64,000 bases of DNA from NCBI GenBank assembly GCA_035607175.1, contig DATNCP010000075.1, forward strand, positions 7,774-71,773, in the 5' to 3' direction. Numbering within the stretch: position 1 is the first letter of the stretch; each line of letters starts with the position of its first letter. The position numbers were made by a program, and so were the translations under genes. This DNA comes from Burkholderiales bacterium. Lineage in GTDB: Bacteria > Pseudomonadota > Gammaproteobacteria > Burkholderiales > SG8-39. The notes beneath the pieces are model-generated. The model ran no database searches, was not told the origin of the DNA, and was given only the letters and a program-made list of their open reading frames with translations. Shown piece after piece: positions 47,679 through 56,426 of this stretch.

Positions 47679-49437
47679 TCGCCGTGATTCTAGTCGGGTC
47701 CTTTTGCACTTCCGCGATCGCGTCGGCGACGCGCGCAACCACGGCATCCACGCCGAGATGCCCGAGTCGCTCGCGCGGTCTGGCGAGATCACCCTCGGCT
47801 GCCCACAGCGCGACGATGATCCGCGCATCCGGATACTTGCTGCGCAGCCGGCGGCTCGCATAGCCGGCGTGGCTCGCCGCCTGCGGCGGCGCCGCGGAAA
47901 CGACGATGACGCGGCTCTCGTCGTCGGAATCGATGTCGGTCACTCGTGCCGGCACCGCGCGCGCCAGGATCAGCGCCGCCACGCGGTCAGCTTCATCGTG
48001 TGCCGGAACGATGCGGCATGGCGTACCCACCTGCGCTGCCTGCGTGCCGGGCTCTTCGAGGTCCTCGGCCACGCGGCGCATGGCATCGAAGATGAAGCGC
48101 TCGCGCGCCGGCTCGAGCGCGCCTTTTCGCCGGTCGGCGCCGACCAGGCCGAGCGCCGGCACGAGGATATCGTCGAGCGTGGCGATGAGGCCGTGCGCGG
48201 CGGCGTGCTTCTCCGCCATTTCGTTTGCTTCATCCAGGTCGAGGGCGACGAGACGCTGGTAGAAGCGCTCGTCGGGCTCGAGCACCGGCTCGACGCCGAG
48301 CAGCGTATTGAGGAAGCCCAGCTCGGGAACGTAGCGCCCGATCACGGTGACGCACACGGTGAGCGGCGTGGAGAGCAGCAGGCCGACCGGGCCCCACAGC
48401 CAGGTCCAGAAGAGCGCCGAGGCGATGACCGCGATCGGCGCCAGCCCGGCGCTGCGCCCGTAGAGCCACGGCTCGATCGCGTTGACCAGCAGCAACTCGA
48501 GCGCGAGGAACGTGCCGATGGTCCATGCGGCCATCGACCAGTCGTCGCCGATGGCGAAGGCGAGCAGCGCCGGCAACGCGGCGGCGACCCACACCCAGGC
48601 GTAGGGGATGAAGCGCAGCAGCATGCCGAGCAATCCCCACAGCATGGCGTTCGGCACGCCGATGAAATAAAGCGCGATGCCGAAGGGGATGCCGAACATC
48701 GCGTTCACCGCGAGCTGCATGTAGAGGTAGCTGCTGACGCGGTGCGACGCCTCGCTCATCGCGCGCGTCATCAGGTTGATGCGGCGCGGGCCGATCAGGC
48801 CGATGACCCGCTCGCGCATGTTCTCGCGGTTGAGCAGCATCAGGATGGTGAACACGATCACCGCCAGTGCGGTGCCCACCGGCTTCGCGAACGGCGTGAT
48901 GAAGTCGAGGATCGCCTCGGCTGCGGATCCCGGGCTCTCCTTGACCGCGAGCGGCGGCTGTTCCGGCGCCGCCTCTTCCTGCAGGTTCTTGATGGCGTCC
49001 GCCGCCTTCGCCAGATCGCCCTCGCTGGGCTGGCGCACCGCGTGGATCTTCTTGGTGATGTTCTCCCGGTACTCGGGCAGCTTGGCGGCGAGCGAGACCA
49101 GCTGCTTGCCGGCGATCACGGCGACGCCGCCGATCGCGGAGAACGCCAGGAACACCACCAGCAACGTCGCCGGCACGCGCCAGAGCCAGCGTTCCAGCCG
49201 CTGCACCGCCGGGGCGAGCAGGAAGCTGAACAGGATCGCCAGAGCCAGGGGGACCAGCACCTCCTTGGCGAGGTACAGCACCGCCGTGACGACGACGAGC
49301 GCCAGGAACGGCGAGCCTTTTTTCAGGCGAGTTCCAGCAGCAGCAGCGAGCGGCCCGTCACCTCGTAGGGGTGGCCGATGGCGAACCGGCTGCCCTCCGG
49401 CAGGTCCGGCATGTTGGTGTCGGCGAGCAGCCGCCAC
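47632..49437 (-). CDS. AI-2E (PerM/YhhT) family transporter with about 215-aa C-terminal cytoplasmic extension
   Basis: Multi-TM core with an AI-2E-type pattern. The start is uncertain. The ATG at 49437 overlaps glgX by 115 nt. An in-frame CTG at 49326 overlaps the glgX stop (CTGA). There is also a GTG further in. Confidence 0.75.
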   Translation of the reverse strand: MAAARRHQHAGPAGGQPVRHRPPLRGDGPLAAAAGTRLKKGSPFLALVVVTAVLYLAKEVLVPLALAILFSFLLAPAVQRLERWLWRVPATLLVVFLAFSAIGGVAVIAGKQLVSLAAKLPEYRENITKKIHAVRQPSEGDLAKAADAIKNLQEEAAPEQPPLAVKESPGSAAEAILDFITPFAKPVGTALAVIVFTILMLLNRENMRERVIGLIGPRRINLMTRAMSEASHRVSSYLYMQLAVNAMFGIPFGIALYFIGVPNAMLWGLLGMLLRFIPYAWVWVAAALPALLAFAIGDDWSMAAWTIGTFLALELLLVNAIEPWLYGRSAGLAPIAVIASALFWTWLWGPVGLLLSTPLTVCVTVIGRYVPELGFLNTLLGVEPVLEPDERFYQRLVALDLDEANEMAEKHAAAHGLIATLDDILVPALGLVGADRRKGALEPARERFIFDAMRRVAEDLEEPGTQAAQVGTPCRIVPAHDEADRVAALILARAVPARVTDIDSDDESRVIVVSAAPPQAASHAGYASRRLRSKYPDARIIVALWAAEGDLARPRERLGHLGVDAVVARVADAIAEVQKDPTRITANDDLRSSPGQPARKS

Positions 49438-51434
49438 TCGCCGCCGCCGTTCGTGCCGGGCAGAGTGAACTTCACCACGTCCTGCCAGCTGTTGAAGACG
49501 ATGAGCAGCGTCGCCTCATGGCCGCGCTGCTTGATGCCGCTTTGCTGCGCGCGGCCGTCGAGCAGCATGCCGAAGCAGCGCATATTGGAGTCCTTCCATT
49601 CCGCCTCGGTCATCTCCTTGCCGGAGGTGCCCACCCAGGTTACGTCCTTGACGCCGAGCCCCTCGTTGTAGATGCCGGAAAGGAAGCGCTTCTGCCGCAG
49701 GATCGGGAAGCGGTGGCGCAAGCCGGTGAGGCGCCGGACGAAGCGGATCAGCCGCTCGGCGCGCTCGTCGTGATTCCAGTCGAGCCAGGAGATCTCGTTG
49801 TCCTGGCAGTACGCGTTGTTGTTGCCGTTCTGCGTGCGCGCGAACTCGTCGCCGGCGAGCAGCATCGGCGTGCCCTGCGAGAGCAGCAGCGTGGCGAGGA
49901 TGTTTTTCATCTGCCGCTTGCGCAGGCCGGAGATCGCCTCGTCGCCGGTGCCCCCCTCGGCGCCGTGGTTCCACGAGCGGTTGTGCGAATGGCCGTCCTT
50001 GTTCTCCTCGCCGTTCGCCTCGTTGTGCTTCTCGTTGTAGCTGACGAGGTCGTTGAGCGTGAAGCCGTCGTGCGCGGTGACGAAATTGACGCTCGCCCAG
50101 GGCTGGCGGCCGCGATGATTGAAGACGTCCGGCGAGGCGCAAAAACGCGGAGCGAGCGCCGCGGGGGTCGCCTCGCCGCGCCAGAAATCGCGCACCGTGT
50201 CCCGGAACTTGTCGTTCCACTCCGCCCACCCGGCGGGAAAGCCGCCGACCTGGTAGCCGCCAGGGCCGCAGTCCCACGGCTCGGCGATCAGCTTCACCTT
50301 GTCGAGCACCGGGTCCTGCATGCACGCCTTCATGAAGCCGTTGTGCGTGTCGAAGCCGCCCGGCTCGCGCGCGAGGATGGTGCCGAGGTCGAAGCGGAAG
50401 CCGTCGACGTGCATCTCCTCGACCCAGTAGCGCAGGCTGTCGGTCACCATCTGGATGACGCGCGGGTGCGAGAGGTTGACGGTATTGCCGGTGCCGGTGT
50501 CGTTGATGTAGTGGCGCTTCTTGTCGGGCACCAGGCGGTAGTAGGCGGCGTTGTCGAGGCCGCGGAAACAGAGCGTCGGCCCCTTCTCGTTGCCCTCCGC
50601 AGTGTGGTTGTAGACCACGTCGATGATCACTTCCAGCCCTGCGTCGTGGAAGCGCGCCACCATCTCCTTGAATTCCTGCAGGCTCTTCGACGGGTCCGCC
50701 GCGTAGCGGGGATCCGGCGCGAAGAAGCCGATCGAGTTGTAGCCCCAATAGTTGGTCAGCTCGTTCTTCAGCAGGAAGTCATCGTCGACGAAGGTGTGCA
50801 CCGGCAGCAGCTCGACCGTGGTGACGCCGAGCGCCTTGATGTAGTCGATCACCGCCTTGGTCGCCAGCCCGGCAAAGGTGCCGCGCTGTTTCTCGGGCAC
50901 CTCGGGATGCAGCTTGGTGTAGCCGCGCACGTGCGTCTCGTAGACGATGGCGCGATCCCACGGCACCGGCTTCCACACCTTCTCTCGCTTCCAGTCGAAG
51001 TCCGGGTCGACCACCACGGATTTCGGCACGAAAGGCGCGCTGTCGCGCTCGTCGAAGGTGAGATCGTCGCCGCTCTCCATCTGGTAGCCGAACACCGCCG
51101 GGTTCCAGGTCAGAGCGCCGATGTGCGCGCGCGCATAGGGATCGAGAAGGAGCTTGTGGGGGTTGAAGCGCAGGCCGTCATTCGGCTGATACGGGCCGTG
51201 CACCCGGAAGCCGTAGATGGCGCCGGGACCGATCTCGGGCACGTAGCCGTGCCAGATCTCGTCGCGGTATTCAGGCAGCTCGATGCGCTGCTGCTCGGTC
51301 TTGCCGGAAGCGTCGAACAGGCACAGCTCGACTTTTGTCGCCTGCGACGAGAACAGCGCGAAATTGACGCCCTTGCCGTCCCAGGTGGCGCCACGGGGGG
51401 ATGGCAGACCTTCTTTGACGGCCATCCCCCTCAT
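49323..51434 (-). CDS. glgX: Glycogen debranching enzyme
   Basis: 'GATWDGKGVNFALFS', 'VILDVVYNHT'-type 'IIDVVYNHTAEG', 'GFRFDL' and 'EPWD'. The ATG at 51425 is an alternative start. Confidence 0.9.
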   Translation of the reverse strand: MRGMAVKEGLPSPRGATWDGKGVNFALFSSQATKVELCLFDASGKTEQQRIELPEYRDEIWHGYVPEIGPGAIYGFRVHGPYQPNDGLRFNPHKLLLDPYARAHIGALTWNPAVFGYQMESGDDLTFDERDSAPFVPKSVVVDPDFDWKREKVWKPVPWDRAIVYETHVRGYTKLHPEVPEKQRGTFAGLATKAVIDYIKALGVTTVELLPVHTFVDDDFLLKNELTNYWGYNSIGFFAPDPRYAADPSKSLQEFKEMVARFHDAGLEVIIDVVYNHTAEGNEKGPTLCFRGLDNAAYYRLVPDKKRHYINDTGTGNTVNLSHPRVIQMVTDSLRYWVEEMHVDGFRFDLGTILAREPGGFDTHNGFMKACMQDPVLDKVKLIAEPWDCGPGGYQVGGFPAGWAEWNDKFRDTVRDFWRGEATPAALAPRFCASPDVFNHRGRQPWASVNFVTAHDGFTLNDLVSYNEKHNEANGEENKDGHSHNRSWNHGAEGGTGDEAISGLRKRQMKNILATLLLSQGTPMLLAGDEFARTQNGNNNAYCQDNEISWLDWNHDERAERLIRFVRRLTGLRHRFPILRQKRFLSGIYNEGLGVKDVTWVGTSGKEMTEAEWKDSNMRCFGMLLDGRAQQSGIKQRGHEATLLIVFNSWQDVVKFTLPGTNGGGEWRLLADTNMPDLPEGSRFAIGHPYEVTGRSLLLLELA

Positions 51435-51437
51435 CCT

Positions 51438-51459
51438 AGGCGCGTAGTGTTACGCGCCT
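51438..51459. other. Perfect 9-bp stem / 4-nt loop hairpin (aggcgcgta-gtgt-tacgcgcct)
   Basis: Read directly from the sequence. It lies between the lipoprotein stop (51466) and the glgX start. No U-tract on the minus strand, so it is not a canonical intrinsic terminator. Confidence 0.5.
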
Positions 51460-51465
51460 GGACGG

Positions 51466-51732
51466 CTAGCAGGAGCCGAGCGTCCGGTTCCAGGTCCCGT
51501 CACTGCAGCGGAACTGCTGACCGTTCTGGCACGACAGGCCGCCGTCGGAGTAGGCAGCGCTGTTGTACGTGCAGCTGCGGGCAGCGGTAGCGCCGGCGGC
51601 AGGAACCGCAACCGGCCGCTCGATCACGGTCTGCTTCTCCACCACCGGCCGCTCGACGACCGTTTCCCGGTGACTGCAGGCGGCGAGCAGGGACACCGCA
51701 GACAACGACACAGCAAGAGTCGACAACCTCAT
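51466..51732 (-). CDS. Small lipoprotein with Cys-rich C-terminal domain
   Basis: Lipobox 'SLLAAC'. Strong SD 'aaggag' 7 nt upstream. Repeated 'VVERPVVEKQTVIERPV'. C-terminal 'CTYNSAAYSDGGLSCQNGQQFRCSDGTWNRTLGSC' has 4 Cys. Confidence 0.65.
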   Translation of the reverse strand: MRLSTLAVSLSAVSLLAACSHRETVVERPVVEKQTVIERPVAVPAAGATAARSCTYNSAAYSDGGLSCQNGQQFRCSDGTWNRTLGSC

Positions 51733-51834
51733 ACAAGTCTCCTTTCTGGCTGACGGAGCCTTGGAGGAGGCTCCTGCAGCAGTAGCCGCAATTAGCGTTC
51801 CCGGCCCTGTAGCCGTTGCGCTACACGGGACGGG

Positions 51835-51960
51835 CTAGGAGCAGAGCAGGAGGTTGGCGAATTCGATCAGCATGCCCGGCTTGAGATAGGCCGAGAACGC
51901 CGCCGCGGTCACGAACGCGACCAGTGCGACCAGCGTTGCCTTAAGCCACAGCCGGTGCAT
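51835..51960 (-). CDS. Candidate 41-aa single-TM small protein
   Basis: Below the track's size cut-off. ATG at 51960 lies 20 nt inside the 3' end of the MFS gene. The product is MHRLWLKATLVALVAFVTAAAFSAYLKPGMLIEFANLLLCS. GC3 is high throughout. Followed by a short hairpin (ggagcc-N8-ggctcc). Confidence 0.35.
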   Translation of the reverse strand: MHRLWLKATLVALVAFVTAAAFSAYLKPGMLIEFANLLLCS

Positions 51961-53155
51961 GCTTCACCCGCTCGGCGAGCGGCCTCTCGTTCACCGGCAG
52001 ATTGACCAGCGCAGCGAATACGCCGAGCGCCATCGAGGCGTAGAAGGCGATCGCGTACGAGCCGGTCGTGTCGAAGAGGTAGCCGGCCAGCCAGACGCCG
52101 AGGAAGCCGCCGAGCTGATGACCGAAGAACACGATCGAAGCGAGCATCGCCGCGTAGCGCATGCCGAAGATCTGCCCGACGAGGCCATTCGTGAGCGGCA
52201 CCGTGCCGAGCCAGAGTAGGCCGATGCCACAGGCGAACACGTACAGGGTCAGCGGCGACAGCGGAAAGAACACCAGCAGGGCGATGAACAGCACGCGGAT
52301 CGAGTAGATCCCCGACAGCAGGTACTTCTTGCTGACGCGGCCGCCCAGCCAGCCGGCGCTGAAGGTACCGATCACGTTGAAGAGGCCGATCAGCGCCAGC
52401 GCCGTCATTCCGTGCTCGGGCTTGAGCCCGCTGTCGGTGACGAACGAGGGCAAGTGCATCGTCAGCATGGCGATATGGAAGCCGCAGACGAAGTAACCCC
52501 AGAACAGCAGGTGGAAGCCTTTCTCGGCGAGCGCCTCGTGCAGCGCCTCGCCGAGCGACTGCGGCGCTGCGCCGGAAACGACCGGCCGTTCGCTCGCCAG
52601 CGCGGTCGAAAGCGGCAGGATGAGGATCGCGATCACGGCGAGACCGAGCAGCGCGCCATGCCAGCCGAGATGGCCGATCAGGAACTGGCTCGCGGGAATG
52701 AGCAGGAACTGGCCGAAGGAGCCGGCGGAGGTGGCGATGCCCATGGCGGCGCTGCGCTTTTCCGGAGTCACCGTGCGGCCGATGACGGCGAGAATGATGC
52801 CGAAGGACGTGCAGCCGAGCGCCGCGCCAATCAGTCCGCCGGTGAAGAAGTGCATGGCGAGAGGCGTCGGCGCGTAGGCCATGCCGACCAGCCCGGCGAT
52901 ATAGAGCAGCGCGCCGACGGCGATCACGCGGCCCGGGCCGTAGCGGTCCGCAAACCCGCCGGCAACCGCGCCGAGCGCGCCCCAGGCGAGCTGCTGCAGC
53001 GCCAGCGAGAGCGACAGCACCTCCCTGCCCCAGCCGTGCTCCAGGCTGATCGGCTGCATGAACAGGCCGAAGCCGGCGCGCACGCCGAACGAGATCAGCA
53101 TGATCAGGCTGCCGCAGACGAGAACGACCAGTGGAGTGCGCCAGGATTTTTCCAT
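51941..53155 (-). CDS. MFS transporter
   Basis: 404 aa, 12 TM. 'GGFADRYGPGRVI' loop 2-3 motif. Confidence 0.8.
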   Translation of the reverse strand: MEKSWRTPLVVLVCGSLIMLISFGVRAGFGLFMQPISLEHGWGREVLSLSLALQQLAWGALGAVAGGFADRYGPGRVIAVGALLYIAGLVGMAYAPTPLAMHFFTGGLIGAALGCTSFGIILAVIGRTVTPEKRSAAMGIATSAGSFGQFLLIPASQFLIGHLGWHGALLGLAVIAILILPLSTALASERPVVSGAAPQSLGEALHEALAEKGFHLLFWGYFVCGFHIAMLTMHLPSFVTDSGLKPEHGMTALALIGLFNVIGTFSAGWLGGRVSKKYLLSGIYSIRVLFIALLVFFPLSPLTLYVFACGIGLLWLGTVPLTNGLVGQIFGMRYAAMLASIVFFGHQLGGFLGVWLAGYLFDTTGSYAIAFYASMALGVFAALVNLPVNERPLAERVKHAPAVA

Positions 53156-53201
53156 GCCCGCAGTCTATCCGAGCGTGCTGCATGCGCGCGCGTAATGCAA
53201 T

Positions 53202-54122
53202 CTATGCGTCGAGCTTGGTCACCTGCGACAAGTTGCAGGCGAGGATGCCCTTGCGCAGCGCCTCGATCGCTTCCGGGCGCGGGAAGCTGCGCCGCCAGGC
53301 GAGGCCGACGCGGCGCGTCGGCGCGGGACGCGAGAACGGCAGGATGCGGATCAGATCGCCCGTGCCGCCGGCGCCGATCGAGGTCGACGGCAGCACCGTC
53401 ACGCCGACGCCGCTCGCCACCATCTGCCGGATCGTTTCCAGCGAGCCTCCCTCGACGGTCTTCGCCAGCGAGCTCCGCTCCTTCGCACGCACCACGTTGC
53501 AGATGTCGAGCACCTGGTCGCGGAAGCAGTGGCCCTCGCCGAGAAGCAGCAAGCTCTCGCGGGTCAGCTCGTCGGTGCTGATGCGCTTGCGCTCTTCCCA
53601 GTCGTGGCCCTTCGGCACCGCGACCAGGAACGGCTCGTCGTAGACCGCGCGCGTGGCGATGCCGGGCTCGTCGAAGGGCAGCGCGATCAGGATCACGTCC
53701 ACCTCGCCGCTCTTCAACGACTCGCCCAGCCGATGGGTGAAGTTCTCCTGGATATGCAGCGGCATCGACGGCGCGGTGCGCCGCATGATCGGCACCAGCT
53801 TGGGCAGCAGGTAGGGGCCGATGGTGTAGATGGCGCCGAGGCGCAGCGGGCCGACCAGCGGGTCGCGGCCCGCGGCGGCGATCTCGCGCACGCGCGCCGC
53901 CTCCTCGAGCACCCGCTGCGCCTGCTCGACGATCTTCTGTCCCGGCGGCGTGACGCTGACCTCGCCGGGCCCGCGCTCGAACAGGGTGACGCCGAGCTCC
54001 TCCTCGAGCTTTTTCACCGCCACCGAGAGCGTCGGCTGCGAGACGAAGCAGGCTTCCGCCGCCCTGCCGAAGTGCCGCTCGCGCGCCACGGCGACGACGT
54101 AGCGCAGCTCGGTAAGGGTCAC
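53202..54122 (-). CDS. oxyR: LysR-family hydrogen-peroxide sensor/regulator OxyR
   Basis: GTG at 54122 (GTGA with the upstream stop). 'LTELRYVVAVARERHFGRAAEACFVSQPTLS' HTH. Redox pair 'GEGHCFRDQVLDIC', with the two Cys spaced as C199/C208 of E. coli OxyR. Colinear with P. aeruginosa OxyR as I remember it. Confidence 0.9.
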   Translation of the reverse strand: MTLTELRYVVAVARERHFGRAAEACFVSQPTLSVAVKKLEEELGVTLFERGPGEVSVTPPGQKIVEQAQRVLEEAARVREIAAAGRDPLVGPLRLGAIYTIGPYLLPKLVPIMRRTAPSMPLHIQENFTHRLGESLKSGEVDVILIALPFDEPGIATRAVYDEPFLVAVPKGHDWEERKRISTDELTRESLLLLGEGHCFRDQVLDICNVVRAKERSSLAKTVEGGSLETIRQMVASGVGVTVLPSTSIGAGGTGDLIRILPFSRPAPTRRVGLAWRRSFPRPEAIEALRKGILACNLSQVTKLDA

Positions 54123-55438
54123 CGCTTGCGCGCGGCGAAATACAGCGGGATCCCTGCCGCCATGACGAGTAGGCCCGCGAGCACCGCAGTGCCGAATTTC
54201 GGCCCGAACTGCGGATTCATGATGTAGGTCACGCTCTTGTACAACATGAAGGCGCACATCGCGCAGAACGCGGCCGTCACCAGCGGATAGAGGGGCACCT
54301 GGAACGCCGCTGCCGCGCCTTCGCGCTTGCGCAGCACCACCAGCGTCAGCCCGGTCAGCAGGAAGAATGTCCAGAAAACCGGCGCGGTGTAGGCGACCAT
54401 CGACTCAAAGCCGTCCAGCGTGAGCGAGCCGGCGCCGACCAGGACGAGAGCGAGCACGCCCTGCAGCAGCAGCGCGTTGGCCGGCGTGCTGCCCGCCTCG
54501 CGCCAGTTGCCGAGCGCCGAGAACAGCGGGAAATCCCGTCCGAGGGCGTAGTTCGTGCGCGCGCCGGTGAAAATCGCCGCGTTGATGGTGGTGAGCGCCG
54601 AGACGCAGACGATCAGCGCCAGCGCCACCGCGCCCCCGTCGCCCGCGACGGCGCGCATCAGATCGGCCGCCACCGCCTTCGAATCCCGCACGCCCTGCAG
54701 CCCGAGCGCCGCGACGTAGCCGATGTTCACCAGGATGTAGAGCGCGGTCACCGCGACGATGCCCACCACCAGGATGCGCATCATGTTGCGCGCCGGGTCG
54801 CGCACTTCGCCGCCGAGATAGGCAGCCTCGTTCCAGCCTCCGTAAGTGAAGAGCACGAACAGCAGCGCGAGGTCGAGCGCCCCGCCGCCGGCGCCCTTGG
54901 CCGGCGCCGGCTGGGCGCCCGAAAAGATGCCCGCGACCGCGAGGCCGAGCAGGCTGGCGATGAGGATCGTCTCCAGGACCTTCTGCAGCGTCTTCGATTG
55001 CAGCGTGCCGGCGAAATTCAGCGCGGTGAGCGCGATCACGCTCAGCCCGGCGTAGATGGCCGAGCTGCGCTCGCCGAGATTCACGATCTGCGAGGCGTAA
55101 TCGCCGAAAACGAACGCGACAGCCGCGATCGCGCCGGTCTGGATCACCGTCATGCGCGACCACGCGAAAACGAACGCGGCGCCGTCGCCGAAGCCGCGCC
55201 GGAGGAAAGTGTATTCGCCGCCGGTACCGGGATGGCGCGCGGCGAGCTCGGCATAGACCAGCGCGCCGCACAGCGAAATCAGGCCGCCGAACAGCCAGAC
55301 CAGGATGAACTGCGCCGGTGTCGCGGTGTTGCCGGCGACGATCGAAGGCGCCTTGAAGATGCCGACGCCGATCACCATGCCCACCATCAGGAAGGTCCCG
55401 TCGGCGACCGACAGCAGCGGCTTCGGCGCGGCGCTCAC
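54119..55438 (-). CDS. APC-superfamily amino-acid permease
   Basis: 439 aa. 'VGMVIGVGIFKAPS' and 'YAELAARHPGTGGEY'. GTG start overlapping the upstream stop (GTGA). Confidence 0.85.
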   Translation of the reverse strand: MSAAPKPLLSVADGTFLMVGMVIGVGIFKAPSIVAGNTATPAQFILVWLFGGLISLCGALVYAELAARHPGTGGEYTFLRRGFGDGAAFVFAWSRMTVIQTGAIAAVAFVFGDYASQIVNLGERSSAIYAGLSVIALTALNFAGTLQSKTLQKVLETILIASLLGLAVAGIFSGAQPAPAKGAGGGALDLALLFVLFTYGGWNEAAYLGGEVRDPARNMMRILVVGIVAVTALYILVNIGYVAALGLQGVRDSKAVAADLMRAVAGDGGAVALALIVCVSALTTINAAIFTGARTNYALGRDFPLFSALGNWREAGSTPANALLLQGVLALVLVGAGSLTLDGFESMVAYTAPVFWTFFLLTGLTLVVLRKREGAAAAFQVPLYPLVTAAFCAMCAFMLYKSVTYIMNPQFGPKFGTAVLAGLLVMAAGIPLYFAARKR

Positions 55439-56328
55439 TTCGCCCGCACCGCCTGCCAGGGCAGCTTCCTCGTCGTTGCGCCGTCCGAGAGCGTCAGCTC
55501 GCCGGCAATCGCGTCGCCTTTCACGCGGCCGACAAACAAATGATTCCAGGCGTGCCCGGCGACCAGCCCGGTGACGACCAGCTTGATCTCGTCGCCCCGC
55601 AGGCGGCTCGCGCGCACCAGCAGGTCGCGTCCCTCGACGCTCGCATTCACGTCGAGAACCTGGAACTCCTGCGCGACCTGGAAGCGCCAGCGCCCGCCGT
55701 GCGCACCGAGGTCGCTCGACCAGCGCCCCGCGGCGTCCGCCGGCACGATCCAGAGCTCGACCTTCGACAGGCCGCCGAGACCGACCGTCTTCTCCGGCGT
55801 GCGCATTTCGAGTTTCTCGTCCGGCGGCCAGGCGCCGATGCCGCCGTCGTGCGAGACGATGCGCGTCCCCGGCCTGAGGCGAAGCAGCTTCGGCAGCAGC
55901 TTGGCATTGAAGTCCGGCAGAAGATAGAACGCGACCACACTCGCACCCGTGAGATCGGTTTCGAAGATGTCGCGGACCTCGAAGCGCGCCCGGTCGGAAA
56001 CGCCGGCTTTGCGCGCGTTCTCGGTCGCCAGCTTGACCAGGCTCGGATCGAGATCCACGCCAAGACCGCGCGCGCCGCGCTTTGCCGCCCCGATCACGAT
56101 GCGGCCGTCGCCCGAGCCGAGGTCGATGAGGCTGTCGCCCGGCCCGACCTCGGCCATGCGCAGCATCCGCTCGACGATCTCCATCGGCGTGACGACGTAC
56201 GGCACCGTGCCGTCGTCCCAGGCCCAGGCCTGGGTTTGCGCCTGGACCGGCAGGACGAACGCGAAAACCGCGAAAAGCAACCCTCTCAGCATGATGGAGG
56301 CGAAGGCTATCAAGGACTTACGCATCAT
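55435..56328 (-). CDS. Class I SAM-dependent methyltransferase with N-terminal signal peptide/anchor and extra C-terminal domain
   Basis: N-terminal hydrophobic segment ending 'PVQAQT'. 'LIDLGSGDGRIVIGAA' motif I and 'GVDLD'. About 110-aa C-terminal beta-rich domain. Confidence 0.75.
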   Translation of the reverse strand: MMRKSLIAFASIMLRGLLFAVFAFVLPVQAQTQAWAWDDGTVPYVVTPMEIVERMLRMAEVGPGDSLIDLGSGDGRIVIGAAKRGARGLGVDLDPSLVKLATENARKAGVSDRARFEVRDIFETDLTGASVVAFYLLPDFNAKLLPKLLRLRPGTRIVSHDGGIGAWPPDEKLEMRTPEKTVGLGGLSKVELWIVPADAAGRWSSDLGAHGGRWRFQVAQEFQVLDVNASVEGRDLLVRASRLRGDEIKLVVTGLVAGHAWNHLFVGRVKGDAIAGELTLSDGATTRKLPWQAVRAK

Positions 56329-56350
56329 AGTGGGTAGAATCGCAAGCTCC

Positions 56351-56426
56351 GCCCGGGTAGCTCAGTGGATAGAGCAGCCCCCTCCTAAGGGGCAGGTCGG
56401 ACGTTCGATTCGTCTCCCGGGTGCCA
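56351..56426 (+). tRNA. tRNA-Arg (anticodon CCT)
   Basis: 76-nt cloverleaf read by hand. Acceptor GCCCGGG/CCCGGGT (G1-U72). D-arm GCTC-AGTGGATA-GAGC. Anticodon arm GCCCC-CTCCTAA-GGGGC. T-arm GGACG-TTCGATT-CGTCT. Encoded CCA. Confidence 0.9.
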
